A stretch of 64,000 nucleotides of DNA from Octopus vulgaris (GCA_951406725.2 OX597818.1:59892001-59956000), one strand, 5' to 3'; shown: positions 41,501 to 55,220, counted from the stretch's first letter. The notes: a model not told the origin generated them from the letters alone. Made by a program: numbers and translations.

Positions 41501-41723
41501 TACTCTTTTACTTGTTTCAGTTATTTGACTGCGGCCATGCTGGTGCATCGCCTTTAGTCGAGCAAATCGACCCCAGGACCTATTCCTTGTAAGCCATGTA
41601 CTTAATCTATCGGTCTCTTTTTGCCGAACCGCTAAGTTACGGGGACGTAAACACACCACCATCGGTCGTCAAGCGATGTTGGGGTGACAAACATAGACAC
41701 ACAAACATATACACACACATGCA

Positions 41724-41754
<31 letters not shown>

Positions 41755-42153
41755 AGGCGAGTTGGCAGAAACGTTAGCACGCCGGGCGAAATGCGTTGCT
41801 GTATTTCGTCTGCCCTTACGTTCCGAGTTCAAATTCCGCCGAGGTTGACTTTGCCTTTCATCCTTCCGGGGTCGATAAATTAAGTACCAGTTACGCACTG
41901 GGGTCGATGTAATCGACTTAATCCGTTTGTCTGTCCTTGTTTGTCTCCTCTGTGTTTAGCCCCTTGTGGGTAGTAAAGAAATATTTATATACATATATAC
42001 GACGGGCTTCTTTCAGTTTCCGTCTACCAAATCCACTCAGAAGGCTTTGGTCGGCCCGACGCTATAGCAGAAGGCACTTACCTAAGGTGCCATCTAGTGG
42101 GACTGAACCAGGTACCATGTGGTTGGTAAGCAAGCTACCTACCACACAGCCAC
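41501..42153 (-). mobile_element. SINE family A with SINE B (+, 41756-41982) inserted in its internal microsatellite
   Basis: A 3' half 41501-41755, B copy, then A 5' half 41983-42153. Confidence 0.88.
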
Positions 42154-42467
42154 TAAGGAACCACTGATTTAAGTTCATAATTTTTTTCTGTGCCCTTCTA
42201 TTCTTAACTTCAACGACTTTCTGTTGTTTGATAGTAAGGTGTACATAAGGAATGATACGGCTACTCTTCTAACTTGTCGACTGAACATATTGTGATGCCA
42301 ACGGTGACTCGCCTGCGATTCGGAAAAACTAGTTCGGTTTGATGTTTAAGGACAACCACTAGATTCCATTTTTTGTATATTTTTACCTTGTACTTTGCGT
42401 CCTTCAGTGATTTGACTGTGGCCTCGTTGGTCACCGCTTTGAAGTGAAAACACAATGGCCCTTTTTT

Positions 42468-42908
42468 ATCTCTTTTACTTGTTTCAGTCATTTGACTGCG
42501 GCCATGCTGGAGCACTGCCTTTAGTCGAACAAATCGACCCCAGGACTTATTCTTTGTAAAACTATTACTTATCCTATCGGTCTCTTTTGCTGAACTGCTA
42601 AGTTACAGAGACGTAAACACAAACATCGGTTGTCAAGGGATGGTGGGGCTGGAGTCAAACAGAGACAGCCCTGTGAGTGGATTTGGTAGACGGAAACTGA
42701 AACAAGACCGTCGTATATATGTTTGTATGTGTTTATGACTGTGTTTGCCCCCACCATCGCCTAACGACCGATGCTGGTGTGTTTACGTCCCCGTCACTTA
42801 GCGGTTTGGCAAAAGCAACCGATAGAATAAGTACTAGGCTTACAAAGAATAAGTTCTGGGGTCGATTTGCTAGACTAAAGGCGGTGCTCCAGCATGGTCG
42901 CAGTCAAT
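42468..42908. mobile_element. Two inverted SINE family A 3' halves
   Basis: Minus copy 42468-42665 and plus copy 42671-42908. Confidence 0.8.
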
Positions 42909-43116
42909 GGGTATATTCTTATATATAGCTTCACGAAACTGATAGGTTGGATTTGATCTGCATAGTTTCCTTAGCAATAATTCTAAGACTAGAAACTCTG
43001 TTTATCAATGTAACATTACTATAGGTAACTCTTCGTCTCAGTTGTCTAAAAGAATATCTAACCATTATTCTACATTTATACATATCAATAAACGCAACAA
43101 TACTGAGCTAAATATT

Positions 43117-43731
43117 TTAATTTGGTCTCTAAAGGAACATATTAAACAATACATTTTGGAATGGAAAATTCTATCTAGATCCTTCCCATATGACAAGGGT
43201 AAATCTTTTTATCCGCTCTGTAATGAAGAGCTATTTTTCATCCTTTTCTCAAAGAATACTTAATAATAAATTAATTTGGTCTCTAAAGGAACATATTAAA
43301 CAATACATTTTGGAATGGAAAATTCTATCTAGATCCTTCCCATATGACAAGGGTAAATCTTTTTATCCGCTCTGTAATGAAGAGCTATTTTTCATCCTTT
43401 TCTCAAAGAATACTTAATTAATAATAAATTAATTTGGTCTCTAAAGGAACATATTAAACAATACATCTTGGAATGGAAAATTCTATCTAGATCCTTCCCA
43501 TATGACAAAGGTAAATCTTTTTATCCGCTCTGTAATGAAGAGCTATTTTTCATCCTTTTCACAAAGAATACTTAATTAATAATAAATTAATTTGGTCTCT
43601 AAAGGAACATATTAAACAATACATTTTGGAATGGAAAATTCTATCTAGATCCTTCCCATATGACAAAGGTAAATCTTTTTATCCGCTCTGTAATGAAGAG
43701 CTATTTTTCATCCTTTTCTCAAAGAATACTC
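43117..43731. repeat. Four-copy tandem repeat (154-158 bp) inside the Penelope fragment
   Basis: Units start TTAATTTGGTCTCT at 43117, 43271, 43429 and 43587; near-identical. Confidence 0.95.
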
Positions 43732-44111
43732 TTGAAAAGCGTTCAAAGAACGCCTTTATCGTTGTTAATAATGGCAAAAACATACCTTTAGTGCCTATAA
43801 GTAATTTCTACCAATCTATAAAATTCTACCTTTAACTATCTTCTAACATTTTATTCCCAGTACATATATCTATATCCACGCTATTAAACTTTATTCCCAT
43901 TCATATATCACATTATATTTTTCCACTCTTAATTTTCTGTTAATGTCTTTCTTTCTCCTCCTTCTCTTTCTCTAATTTGCCTTTGACGTTACATCTATTA
44001 ACGGTCTTTCATAAAAATAACTTGATAGCATTCTCCTTACATCATTAATTTACTTACGCTGTAAAAAACATTCGGTTCAAAGTGTTTATTGATGTGTTTC
44101 GTTCTTTTTCT

Positions 44112-44196
44112 CCCCTGACGAGATAATTGCATTGTTTCATAACAGTTTTATTCTCTCCGGAATAATCTCAATGCTTTCTCCGAAACATATGTTAAA
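44112..44196 (+). ncRNA. Hammerhead-like motif of the Penelope element, stem I decayed
   Basis: CTGACGA (44115), stem II GCATTG/CAATGC, then GAAAC-ATAT-GTT; same ACATATGT stem III as the motif at 29-106. Confidence 0.55.
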
Positions 44197-44301
44197 AGTA
44201 TAAATGATTTGAATCACACCTGCGTTTGACTTCATTTCTTGATTTCTCCATGTTACACAAAATCATTTCACTTAACCCTGGAATTACAACCTTTATAATT
44301 A

Positions 44302-44479
<178 letters not shown>

Positions 44480-44836
44480 GTAAAAAATGAGAGTGAAAAA
44501 ATTGGATATTAATTTAATAACATCAATTTAAACACCAGTGGTCTAGCGCATAAAAGACTAAGATTCAGTAAATATTATTAATACACAAATATGAGAGAGA
44601 ATTCACTATGTGGACGCTCTTACGCTAGAGATAGATCCGCAAGGGTCCCAACCACTAAGAATTGTTCTCAAGAAAAATTTAGCACTCTATGAACGTAAAC
44701 GAGCAGGACAAATGAAAAATAACAAAAATATAGATTAACCCCATACAATTGTTTATCGTATCGTGTCATAAAACTGAAACAAAATAAATTCACTGATACC
44801 GGTTTCAGATACGAGTAAGAAGTAATTAATTTTGTT

Positions 44837-45417
44837 TCCTTTTCTAGGCAAAAGCCCCGAAATTTTTGGGAAGTTGGCCAGTCGATAAGATCGATCCCCA
44901 GTACGCAACTGGTACTCAATTTCTCGACCCCGAATAAAATGGAAAGGCAAAGCCGACCTCGGCGGAATTTGAACTCAGAACATAAAGACAGACGAAATAC
45001 CTATTTCTTTACTCCCCATAAGGGGCTAAACCCAGAGACGACAAACAAGGACAGACATAGGTATTAAGTCGATTACATCGACTCCAGTGCGTAACTGGTA
45101 CTTATTTAATCGACCCCGAAAGGATGAAAAGGCAAAGTCGACCTCGGCGGAATTTGAACTCAGAACGTAACCGCAGACGAAATACCTGTTTGTTTACTAC
45201 CCATAAGGGGCTAAACCCAGAGAGGACAAACAGGGAAAGACAAACGGATTAAGTCAATTACATCGACCCCAGTGCGTAGCTGGTACTTATTTAATCGACC
45301 CCGAAAGGATGAAAGGCAAAGTCGATCTCGGCGGAATTTGAATTCAGAAAGTAACGGCAGATGAAATACCGCAAAGCATTTCGCCCGGCGTGCTAACGTT
45401 TCTGCCAGCTCGCCACC
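44837..45417 (-). mobile_element. SINE family B trimer with alternative terminal unit
   Basis: Three units on the minus strand. Confidence 0.9.
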
Positions 45418-45747
45418 TTACGAAGCATTAATGTTAAAATCATTATTACGAAGATTACGAAGTTTTGTTAGTTCTACAATTTATATGTTGTTATTCTGTT
45501 TCTATTTTATATTTTGCGAGCAAACTCTTGTTTGAAATTTTATTTTATTCATTGAATATATAACAGTAATATAACACCTGCAACATATTTTTGAGAAACT
45601 AAGGATGTTAAACAACATAACAACACATCGTCACTTTGCGTCAATGAAAGAGCTTGCGTATAGTTATTTGATCTTCTAGAAACAGCAGCCAAACATTTAT
45701 GAAATTATACTCCCACACAGAAAAGATTAAAGTGCAAAGTGATTAAT

Positions 45748-47350
45748 ATCCGGAGTCGGCTGAAACGTTCATAGGTTAAAGGTAATCTCATGGAAAGTGA
45801 CCAAATGGGGTTCATTTTTAAACACAGTCCTTCTCGGATTCCACACACTTCTTCCATTGGTGTAACAATGTTTTTGATCAATTTAAGGCGGTGAGCTGGA
45901 AGAATCGTTAGCACGCCGGGCGAAATACTTAGCGGTATTTCGTCTGCCGCTACGTTCTGAGTTCAAATTCCGCCGAGGTCAGCTTTGCCTTTCATCCTGT
46001 CGGGGTCGATAAATTGAGGACCAGTTACGCACTGGGGTCGATATAATCGACTTAATCCGGTTGGCTGTCCTTGTTTGACCCCTCAGTGTTTAACCCTTGT
46101 GGGTAGTAAAGAAATAGGTATTTCGTCTGCCGCTTCGTTCTGAGTTCAAATTCCGCCGAGGTCAGCTTTGCCTTTCATAGTTTCGGGGTCGATAAATTAA
46201 GTACCAGTTGCATACTGGAGTCGATCTAATCGACTGGACCCCTCCCCAAAAATTTCGGGCCTTGTGCCTAGAGTAGAAAAGAATGTTTTGATCCCATTGG
46301 TGAAGAAGCTTTCAACTTGTTGGCCCCAAAATTCATCGACAGCAGATAGGACATCACCACTGCGATGCTAGTTCCCAGCTAAGTGTTCTTTTATATTGGG
46401 TAACAGATGAGGGTCAGATGGGGCCAAGCCAGGAGTATAGGGAGGACGATCAACCGGTTCAAAGACGCAGTCACACGCAGTAGTCATTGAAATCAAAGGC
46501 TTGTGTGCTGGAGCTTTGTCCGGATGCAACAAAACCCCTTTCCTCAGTTGTCCTGAGTATTTGGAGTTGATAGCCTTTAGTTACTGCCCAAATACGTTGG
46601 CATAATACTCTCTATTGATGGTGTGGCCCCGTTTGACAATAGTCAAACATAATACCGTTTGAATGCCAAAAAATGAGGCTATCACCTTCCCTGTAGATGA
46701 AATTATACTGGCCTTCTTTGGAGTGGGTGAGAGGGCCGTTTCTAACGCAGGAAATTTTTTTGTGTCTGGGTCAAAGTAATGAATGAAATACTCATCCTGG
46801 AATAGTTAACGTTCAAGGAAACCAGCTGGATCTACCGCAAACAATGTCAGATTTTTCCGTGATGTTATCAACTTGGTGCACTTTGATCTGGTGTCAGAAG
46901 ATGTAGCAATCAACGAGCAGAAGCTTTGTTCATTGTACAGAATATTTTCCACTTACGGGACATGCTCATAGCATTGGTTATTTGATTTACAATCAATCGC
47001 TTGTCATTCATCACCTTGTGGCGAACATTATAAACGTTTTCCTTGGTGGTGGCATTTCCTGGATATTCAGACCTTGAGTATTCTTCGATATTTCCCCTTC
47101 TTCTCCTATATCAAGCTGCACACTTTTTCTCTGTTGATAACATGTGAGTGTCTTTGAGAGTTAAACAGTTTTTTTTCTGCAGACACTTGATAATACAGCC
47201 ATACCAAATTTTGTCCATTTTTAAGAGCAGTCGGTACTAATTACTTTTGAAGTAAAGAAATAATGTCGTTATTAATAAGGTGAGTTGAAATTGATGCATG
47301 CAAGATTTCATATCTCTAGCATCACTTCTTCATAGTCTTGGATTAGGCCA
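45748..47350 (-). mobile_element. Decayed mariner (irritans/Himar-like) interrupted by a SINE B dimer at 45887-46282
   Basis: Minus-strand peptides DEYFIHYFDPDTK, GKVIAS, LLHPDKAPAH and YSWLGPSDPHLLP, then LLHQWKKCV beyond the SINE. SINE TSD AATGTT(T)TTGATC. Confidence 0.8.
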
Positions 47351-47739
47351 GATTTATCCATAGTTATATAGCATGAGGTCTATTGTTTGAGTCGGAAACA
47401 AGCAGCAGAATGTTTTTAGCAACGATTGGATGCAAAATGCTGGAGTAAAAGATGAGATGATGAGATGACCAAAGTTAAATTGACTTTGATCATAGTTCTG
47501 CCTGATAAGGAATAACCAAGAATCTAAAGAAAAGCATTAGATTGCCTGCGTGAATGATTTCTGTAGGAACAAAGCTGAAAACTGAAGATTTTTATATTTT
47601 TTGGCGAACATTATTTGTAATTTGCATTAATTACAAAAATCTGTATCCTAGTTTCTACTGTTGAGGAAGCGGGGAATGGTACCTCGTTAGCAATATGAAG
47701 AAGATTTATGTTAGGATTTATTCATTGATGAATATAGCT

Positions 47740-48499
47740 CTTTTAAGAGAACGGGGAAGCGAATTACATTGACCCCAGTGATTGACTGATACTTATTTTA
47801 TCTACAACAAAAAGTAAGTTCGACCTCGGCAGAATTTTAACTCAGAACGTAAGGAGTCGGAAGAAACACCGCTAAAGATTTTGTCCGATGTGCCAACATG
47901 CGAACCTCATTGGTGAAAATGTTAATGTTTCTTAAATAGACACAAGGTCTGCAATGGAGGAGAATGACTAAGTCTAACCCGCGGCTCCACTGCTTTATTT
48001 TATCGAACCAGGAGGGATGGAAGGCCAAGCTGTCCTCGGCGATATCTGAGACAAGAATGCTAAGATCCAGCAGAAACTAATACCTATTTCTTTACTACCC
48101 TCAAGGGGCTAAACACAGACAGGACAAACAAGGTCTGACACACGGATTAAATCGATTATTTCGACCCCAGTGCGTAACTGCTACTTATTTAATCGACCCC
48201 GAAAGGATGAAAGGCAAAGTCGACATCGGTGAAATTTGAACTCAGAACGTAGCGGCAGACGAAATACCTATTTCTTTACTACCCACAAGGAGCTAAACAT
48301 AGAGGGGACAAACAAGGACAGACAAACGGATTAAGTCGATTACATCGACCCCAGTGCGTAAATGGTACTTAATTTATCGACCCCGAAAAGATGAAAGGCA
48401 AAGTCGACCTCGGCGAAATTTGAACTCAGAACGTAACGGCAAGGAAATACGGCTACGCATTTCGCCCGGCGCGCTAACGTTTCTACCAGCTCGCCGCCT
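47740..48499 (-). mobile_element. SINE family B dimer (48082-48499) plus older variants
   Basis: Reverse complement of family B units. Confidence 0.85.
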
Positions 48500-49521
48500 T
48501 CAGAAACTTATACCGTAAAGCATTTCTCCGATGTTCCAACGATTCTGCTAATTTATTTTCATTTAATGGTTTCTAATTCTGGTCAAAGACCAGAAACATT
48601 TTAGGGAGGGTGTTAGTCGATGCTATCCATGCTAATATTTTATTTGGATTTTTCGTTGCTTTGTTTTTATCGACCGAGGAATGATGAAAATCAAAATTAA
48701 CCTCGGCAGGATTTGAACTCAGAAAGCAGAGAGCGAGAAGAAAAACGCGAAACATTTCCTCAGTTAATCGAACAGTTCTGTCAACTCGCCGCCTTAACAG
48801 AGAATATTAATAGATAGACATACAACTGAAAACATTATCTGTTAGACACATACAACTGTGAATGGCAATTTCAAAACCTAATGAGATCGACTGTTCCCCA
48901 AGGAAGATGGAATGGAATCAGAAAGTTTTTAGCAAAGGTCAATGGGAAGGATTTGGCAGCGAATTATATCACTGTCTCAAAGAAAGAATATTCATGGATT
49001 CCACAAGGACAATCGATATAAGGAAGTATGCCAAGAATGCTGAAATATATTTAAGGGGTCAGAAGTGAATCACGGTTGTTGGTTAAAGTAATCAACATAA
49101 AATTAACAATGGTTCGTATAATTTGGCTGGTTTTTAAGAAGCAGAGTAGGGAACATGCAATGCTGTACATAATGGCGGTTCTTGTTGATGTTCCTCTTGT
49201 TGCTGTTGGCTAACATTCAAGATTAGCACAATACAGTTGCAATTGATCAATTAAATCGTTTGATTGTTGTTTCGAGCCAAATCTAAGTGTCATGCAGAAA
49301 CAGGATTGAGAAAATTAAAACTGCGAATAGTTATCAAAAATATTAGGTATCTTTTTTTTTTTTTCGGGAATTCGCTACGAGATCCATTCCTGGCTACGGT
49401 TTAGTGGCCCGTATCCTTCGATGACACTAAAGGCTATGTCCGTAGAGTGAAAGCATGTGGCAGGGCCTCCCATACAGGATATATCCGAAGATAGGGGCCA
49501 GACAAATATGGACCACCACGA

Positions 49522-50122
49522 GGCGGCGAGCTGGCAGAAACGTTAGCACGCCGGGCGAAATGCGTAGCCGTATTTCGTCTGCCGTTACGTTCTGAGTTCA
49601 AATTCCGCCGAGGTCGACTTTGCCTTTCATCCTTTCGGGGTCGAACGTAGCGGCAGACTAGTTACGCACTGGGGTCGATATAAGCGACTTAATCCGTTTG
49701 TCTGTCCTTGTTTGTCCTCTCTGTGTTTGGCCCCTTGTGGGTAGTAAAGAAATATGTATTTCGTCTGCCACTTCGTTCTGAGTTCAAATTCCGCCGAGGT
49801 CGACTTTGCCTTTCATCCTTTCGGGGTCGATAAATTAAGTACCAGTTACGCACTGGGGTCGATATAATCAACTTAATCCGTTTGTCTGTTCTTGTTTGTC
49901 CTCTCTATGCTTAGCCCTTTGTGGGTAATAAAGAAATAGGTAATTCGTCTGCCGCTACGTTGTGAGTTCAAATTCCGTCGATGTCGACTTTGCCTTTCAA
50001 CCTTTCGGGGTCGATAAATTAAGTACCATTTACGCACTGGGGTCGATATAATCGACTTAATCCGTTTGTCTGTCCTTGTTTGTCCTCTCTGTGTTTAGCC
50101 CTTTGTTGGTAGTGAAGAAATA
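49522..50122 (+). mobile_element. SINE family B trimer
   Basis: Units start at 49570, 49756 and 49940; TSD AAA(T/C)ATGGACCACC. Confidence 0.92.
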
Positions 50123-50540
50123 AACATGGACCACCTCTTGCCAGAGGTAAAAGCAGTTCTGAGTACGTTCAGTTCCACTAAATAGAAAACAAAAAAAGTT
50201 ACAAATGCATCGATGACAATTCAAAACTACAAAACTTGGTTGAGGAGAGAAAAAGAAAAGACAGCCAAAGTCGGGAATAGTGGGGAAAAGTCATCGATGG
50301 CCTTGGCTCCTTAGAGAAAGAAGGGCTTCACTTAGTTTTCAGAAATATTGAACCGTTACCTTGAACAAGTCACTTGATACGTCTTACAACAGTTTCCTGT
50401 TTGACTCACTAGTTTAATTGTTGACTAGAGACTAGTTTTTACTGTTATTGTTTATCGAAAGGTTTACTGTTATCCTGCAGGATAAGGGATTTCATACTTT
50501 CCATTCCTTGTTGATAAAAGCATATAAGATTAAATTATCT

Positions 50541-50685
50541 GATACAGTTCTATATTTAAGAGATGAGGAATTATGCACATTATTTACATTTGACGGGTGA
50601 AAGCTGGAGGTATGTCAGACGAAACGTTGTGTTAACAAACAAGATGAGGACGAATATTCGTCAAATGTAAATAATGTAAATTATG
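50541..50685. mobile_element. Truncated copy of the 3290-3858 hammerhead element, two inverted 3' ends
   Basis: 50542-50596 is the reverse complement of the tail; 50597-50680 is the plus-strand 3' half (GAAACGTTGTGTTAAC). Flanked by TAAATTATCT on both sides. Confidence 0.75.
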
Positions 50686-50765
50686 TAAATTATCTAATGT
50701 CAGTTTCCAATTTTAGACTTTCGAATATGATTCAAAGTCAGGGCAAAAGGCCAGCTAAAAGTTCC

Positions 50766-50827
<62 letters not shown>

Positions 50828-50928
50828 CGTTAATCTAAAAACAACGAAGAACAGACACAAAAAACAACAACGCGAGAACGTGTTACATGTAAACTATTAG
50901 CAGACGCTCGGGGAAGGAAAGAAAGGTG

Positions 50929-50963
50929 GTTTTACGTTTCGAGCAAAGCTCTTCTTCAGAAAC
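50929..50963 (-). ncRNA. Minimal type I hammerhead ribozyme in a ~200 bp element (50827-51030) within (TA)n
   Basis: Minus strand GTTT-CTGAAGA-A-GAGC-TTT-GCTC-GAAAC-GTA-AAAC. Stem I GTTT/AAAC, stem II GAGC/GCTC, GUA cleavage triplet. Confidence 0.85.
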
Positions 50964-51032
50964 AGAGGGAAGTCCAATAGAAAAGGGAGACGGAGGAAAA
51001 AATCGCCAATGATTCACATGTGGTTACATATA

Positions 51033-51089
<57 letters not shown>

Positions 51090-51354
51090 TTGCTGGACAC
51101 GTCGCCCGGCTCACCGATAATCGGTGGACACGTCGCCCGGCCACCGAAATCGGTGGCACGCACTTGTCGAGTGGTACCCGCGTGAGCGGAAAAGACCACC
51201 CGGAAGACCTCCACGACGGTGGAGTGACGATTTCAAGAGGACGATTGGGATCACGTGGATGAGAAAGGCGCGATCAGAGAGGAGTGGACAGCGTGCTGTG
51301 ACCAGCGATGTCAAATGGACGCCTGACGGACTGGTCGGTCAAAGTGAAGTGAAA

Positions 51355-51358
<4 letters not shown>
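51090..51358 (+). mobile_element. RTE-clade LINE 3' end in (TA)n
   Basis: AGHVARLTDNRW...WYPRERKRPPGRPPRRWSDDF...WMRKAR is the typical RTE C-terminal motif; tail (AAGTGA)n. Confidence 0.85.
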
Positions 51359-51393
<35 letters not shown>

Positions 51394-52298
51394 CAGAGAG
51401 AGAGAGGGGTGAGAGGTACACACACATACACTCACAACCTTTTTCTTTTTTTAGACACACATACTATATTAATTGAATAAATGAAACGAATTTCAATTAT
51501 AAATTGTCTTTCATTGGAAAGCATCATAAGAAGTTGGAAAATGTGATCGGGAGTCGGAAAATATGGTGGGAAGCTGGAAGACGGAGCGTGCAACAACAAA
51601 AAAGACCTGTCGTATTTTACAGGTTTACAAGCGTTTCAATTTATATTGATATCTTAAGCAAGGTAAAATATACACTACTCTATATACACTAAAAATTCCG
51701 TCGCCATTTTCTAGCATTACGTCAACGGCCAGATAAAATATGGGCGCATTTTCCGTCGCACCCTGTAATTGCTTCAACGAACAGCTACGTTCTTGATTCT
51801 CAATTTTATTTAATGAAATCTTTCCGTTCAGTTTTCTTTAATCTCCGAGAAATTCCTCTAATAAACATCTGTATTCTCTGGTCTGTTTGATCGTTAATTA
51901 AATATGTTGCTGTTATGCGCAATGAGGTAATAAATGAACAACATAAAATATATCTGGAGCCGGTTACCCGCTTTGATATTTGCTTCGTTAATAAAATTCG
52001 GAATCGTTTCATGCAAAGATTCTACCAAACTAATAAATCAACGATAACTCTATTTATATTTTTCGTTTTCTTTCCAGTTATTATTTTGGGTTTTTTTTTC
52101 TTCATCTATATCTCTCAGTATCTAAATAATTTCATTATTTTTCCAAAAGTACGTTTTTCAGAATATATATTTTCCAATATCTTTTTTTTATTTTTTTCTC
52201 TTATATTTCTTCCAATGAACAATAATTTATATTTCAAATTCGTTTCGTTTATTGAATTGATGTAGAATTTATATCTAAAACGAGATAAATGTGTGTGA

Positions 52299-52341
<43 letters not shown>

Positions 52342-52523
52342 CATATACATATATATATATGTATATGTGTATATATATATATATACATATATATATGTAT
52401 ATGCATATGTATATATATATATATATATATGTGTATATATATACTTACATACACACATATACACATATATGTATATATGAATACATGTATGTATGTAAGT
52501 ATGTATGTATGTATGTATGTATG

Positions 52524-52600
<77 letters not shown>

Positions 52601-52819
52601 GTTATCGCGTTGATTGTTGGACAGATCATCATCAAGGTTTTAATATACCAGTTTATACGTGTTTAAAATTGTGCTTGAGGATGGTGAGTTTATGATATGA
52701 CGTAATTTATGACATCAATAAAACCTAACCGAAACAAGTGTAGAATATTTTAATCACCATCTATAATCCTTTGTTTGTTTGTTTGTGTGTGTGTGTGTAT
52801 GTGTGTGTATAAAATCTAA

Positions 52820-53012
52820 GGCATGGCTTCTAGGAAGAAATTTGCTTCTTAACCACGTAGATCTGGGTTCGGTCGCACTCCGCAGCACCTGTGGCAAGCG
52901 GGGTTTGATAGATCTTTGAGTAGATCTGACTGAAGGAAGCTGAAAGAAACCCCTATTTATATATATATATATATATACATACATATGTATATATACAATA
53001 TACATACATATG

Positions 53013-53090
<78 letters not shown>

Positions 53091-53287
53091 TATATACATA
53101 CATATACATACATATATATATATGCGTGTGTGTGCGTATTTACGCGTGTGTGCGTGTGTGTGTCGATCTGGTGTTTGTGTTTGTCCCCCACTCTCGCTTG
53201 ACAAGTGATGTTAGTGTGTTTATATCCCCTTAACTTAGCGGTTCGGCATAATTGACCGATAGAATAAGAACTAGGCTTACAAAGAAT
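52820..53287 (+). mobile_element. Degenerate SINE family A with expanded microsatellite
   Basis: Diverged head; TAACTTAGCGGTTCGGCA and GGCTTACAAAGAAT tail motifs. Confidence 0.75.
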
Positions 53288-53324
53288 AGGTATGTATGTG
53301 TGTATCTCTTCTATTCTGTAATTA

Positions 53325-54000
53325 TTGTTATGAATATTCCACTGAAGATGGAGCCGGTTTCCAACAAAGGTACAAGGCTCCATCTTTGGAGTTTAGTTAA
53401 CACAAACAAATTCACATTTGGAAATTGAGAAAAACTCTGCATATTTTTACTGTTCCACTCACAGACATTACTCATAATGTACGAACAGCCGGTCGATTTC
53501 TCTTTCTGAAAATCCCAGTTTATCCAGATTCTCCTTTAAGTCTTTACTAACAAAACTTAGTTCTCCAATTATTATTAGTATGATTATGAATTCATATTCT
53601 GGATATAGATGCTGGACGTTCGTAGCAGTTGTCTTTGATTTTCAAAGAATCATTTATATCTGCAGGGCAGCTGACCTCTATGATGGGACATACCTTTACC
53701 CTTCTGTCCCAAACAAGAATATCCGGCCTGTTTACATTTGACCGACGTTTTGATGAGAATGTTCTATCAGTATTCCTTGAGTTGGTGTTTATGAATATAT
53801 GCCATAAGAGAGGTATTTTCTAAGTTTATTTAAGGACTGTTTTCTGCAGATGGCATTGTAAATTGTTTTAGTAACAACATCGTGCCGCATAAGAAAGTAG
53901 TGTCGTTACGCCATTTTAAGACAGCTGCTAATCACATGCATGATGTCTTCTTGAGAATCTCACTGCCAACTCATACAATGTTACTCACTTCAATTTTCAG
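53325..54000 (-). mobile_element. R4/Dong-like non-LTR retrotransposon 3' fragment (zinc knuckle, RLE, 3' UTR hairpin)
   Basis: Minus-strand peptides HVISSCLKMA*RHYFLMRHDVV, NRPDILVWDRRVKVCPIIEVSCPADIN and LYPEYEFIIILIIIGEL; 3' UTR hairpin AAGATGGAGCC/GGCTCCATCTT. Confidence 0.78.
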
Positions 54001-54023
54001 CACTGCATTTATATAGTTATTCT

Positions 54024-54404
54024 TGCTGCTGTTGCTGTTGAGAGAAGCGATTTTCCTTTCCAGAGCACGCAAGATCACGCTTCTTTAGTGGGAAAAGTCC
54101 GAAACGTGGTCATTTGCTATTCGTAAGACCCGCAGAAGAGACATCGAGAGCATCGACGGATAGATGAATGCGCATCCAGGCTCAACGGTTGCGTAGGAAG
54201 TTGGGTACAAGAAACAAGAAGAAAGTGTGAGAGAAAGTTGGGGCGAAAGAGTACAACAGGGGTCGCCACCAACCCCTGCCGGAAGCTCGTGGAGCTTTAG
54301 GTGTTTTCGCTCAATAAACACTCACAACGCCGGTCTGGGAATCGAAACCGCGATCCTACGACCGCGAGTCCGCTGCCCTAACCACTAGGCCATTGCGCCT
54401 CCAC
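54024..54404 (-). mobile_element. SINE family C, tail type 1
   Basis: Reverse complement of 24914-25295. Confidence 0.9.
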
Positions 54405-54416
54405 TTATGTATATAT

Positions 54417-54716
54417 ATGGCCTAGTGGTTAGGGAAGCGGACTCGCGGTCGTAGGATCGCGGTTTCGATTCCCAGACCGGGCGTTGTGAGTGTTTATGGA
54501 GCGAAAACACCTAAAGCTCCAAGAGGCTCCGGCAGGGGATGGTGGCGATCCCTGCTGTACTCTTTCACCACAACTTTCTCTCACTCTTTCTTCTGTTGGC
54601 CTGCTCGCTTAGCCAGCGGGGTGGCGTCATTTGAAGGCTAAAACAATGTGAAGCACATTGTGACCAGCGATGTGTAACAACATCTGATTGCCTGGTCGGT
54701 CACGGTAATCACGGTG

Positions 54717-54717
<1 letters not shown>
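54417..54717 (+). mobile_element. SINE family C, tail type 2 (RTE-derived)
   Basis: Family C head; tail TGTGACCAGCGATGT...CTGGTCGGTCA shared with the LINE at 51090-51358. Confidence 0.9.
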
Positions 54718-54774
<57 letters not shown>

Positions 54775-55010
54775 TATGGATTATATACAGTTGGATTATA
54801 TAAGTAATTATTTTGTTAATAGTTGAAACCGCCGGTCTGTGAGTAATTCTGTTTTTTTTTTTTTATATAATTTTCATCTGTCTTGCCCGCCTAATTGTTC
54901 TGGCGTCCGCTGAATTTTCCTCTAGAGAACATTCTTTGTAATTTGATCGTTGGTGATCTATTTCTAGCAAACGGCCGACTACCTAAAGGTCTTGCCCTTT
55001 GATTATACAC

Positions 55011-55076
<66 letters not shown>

Positions 55077-55220
55077 AAAGCAATTAAGATTCAAGTCAGT
55101 TCTAATGAATTCACTTGAATGCGGTACTTAACTTAGATGCACCAGAAAACCATATGGTGTTAACCATACAATAATGTGGGGTGATTATAAACGAGAAAGA
55201 AGCAACAAGAATGGATTAGT

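Larger units (their letters stand above)
42990..44300 (+). mobile_element. Penelope-like element 3' fragment (GIY-YIG endonuclease C-terminus and 3' region)
   Basis: Peptide NSVYQCNITIGNSSSQLSKRISNHYSTF...TELNILIWSLKE...YILEWKILSRSFPY...LCNEELFFI...LEKRS matches the PLE GIY-YIG pattern; a hammerhead-like motif lies downstream. Confidence 0.82.
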
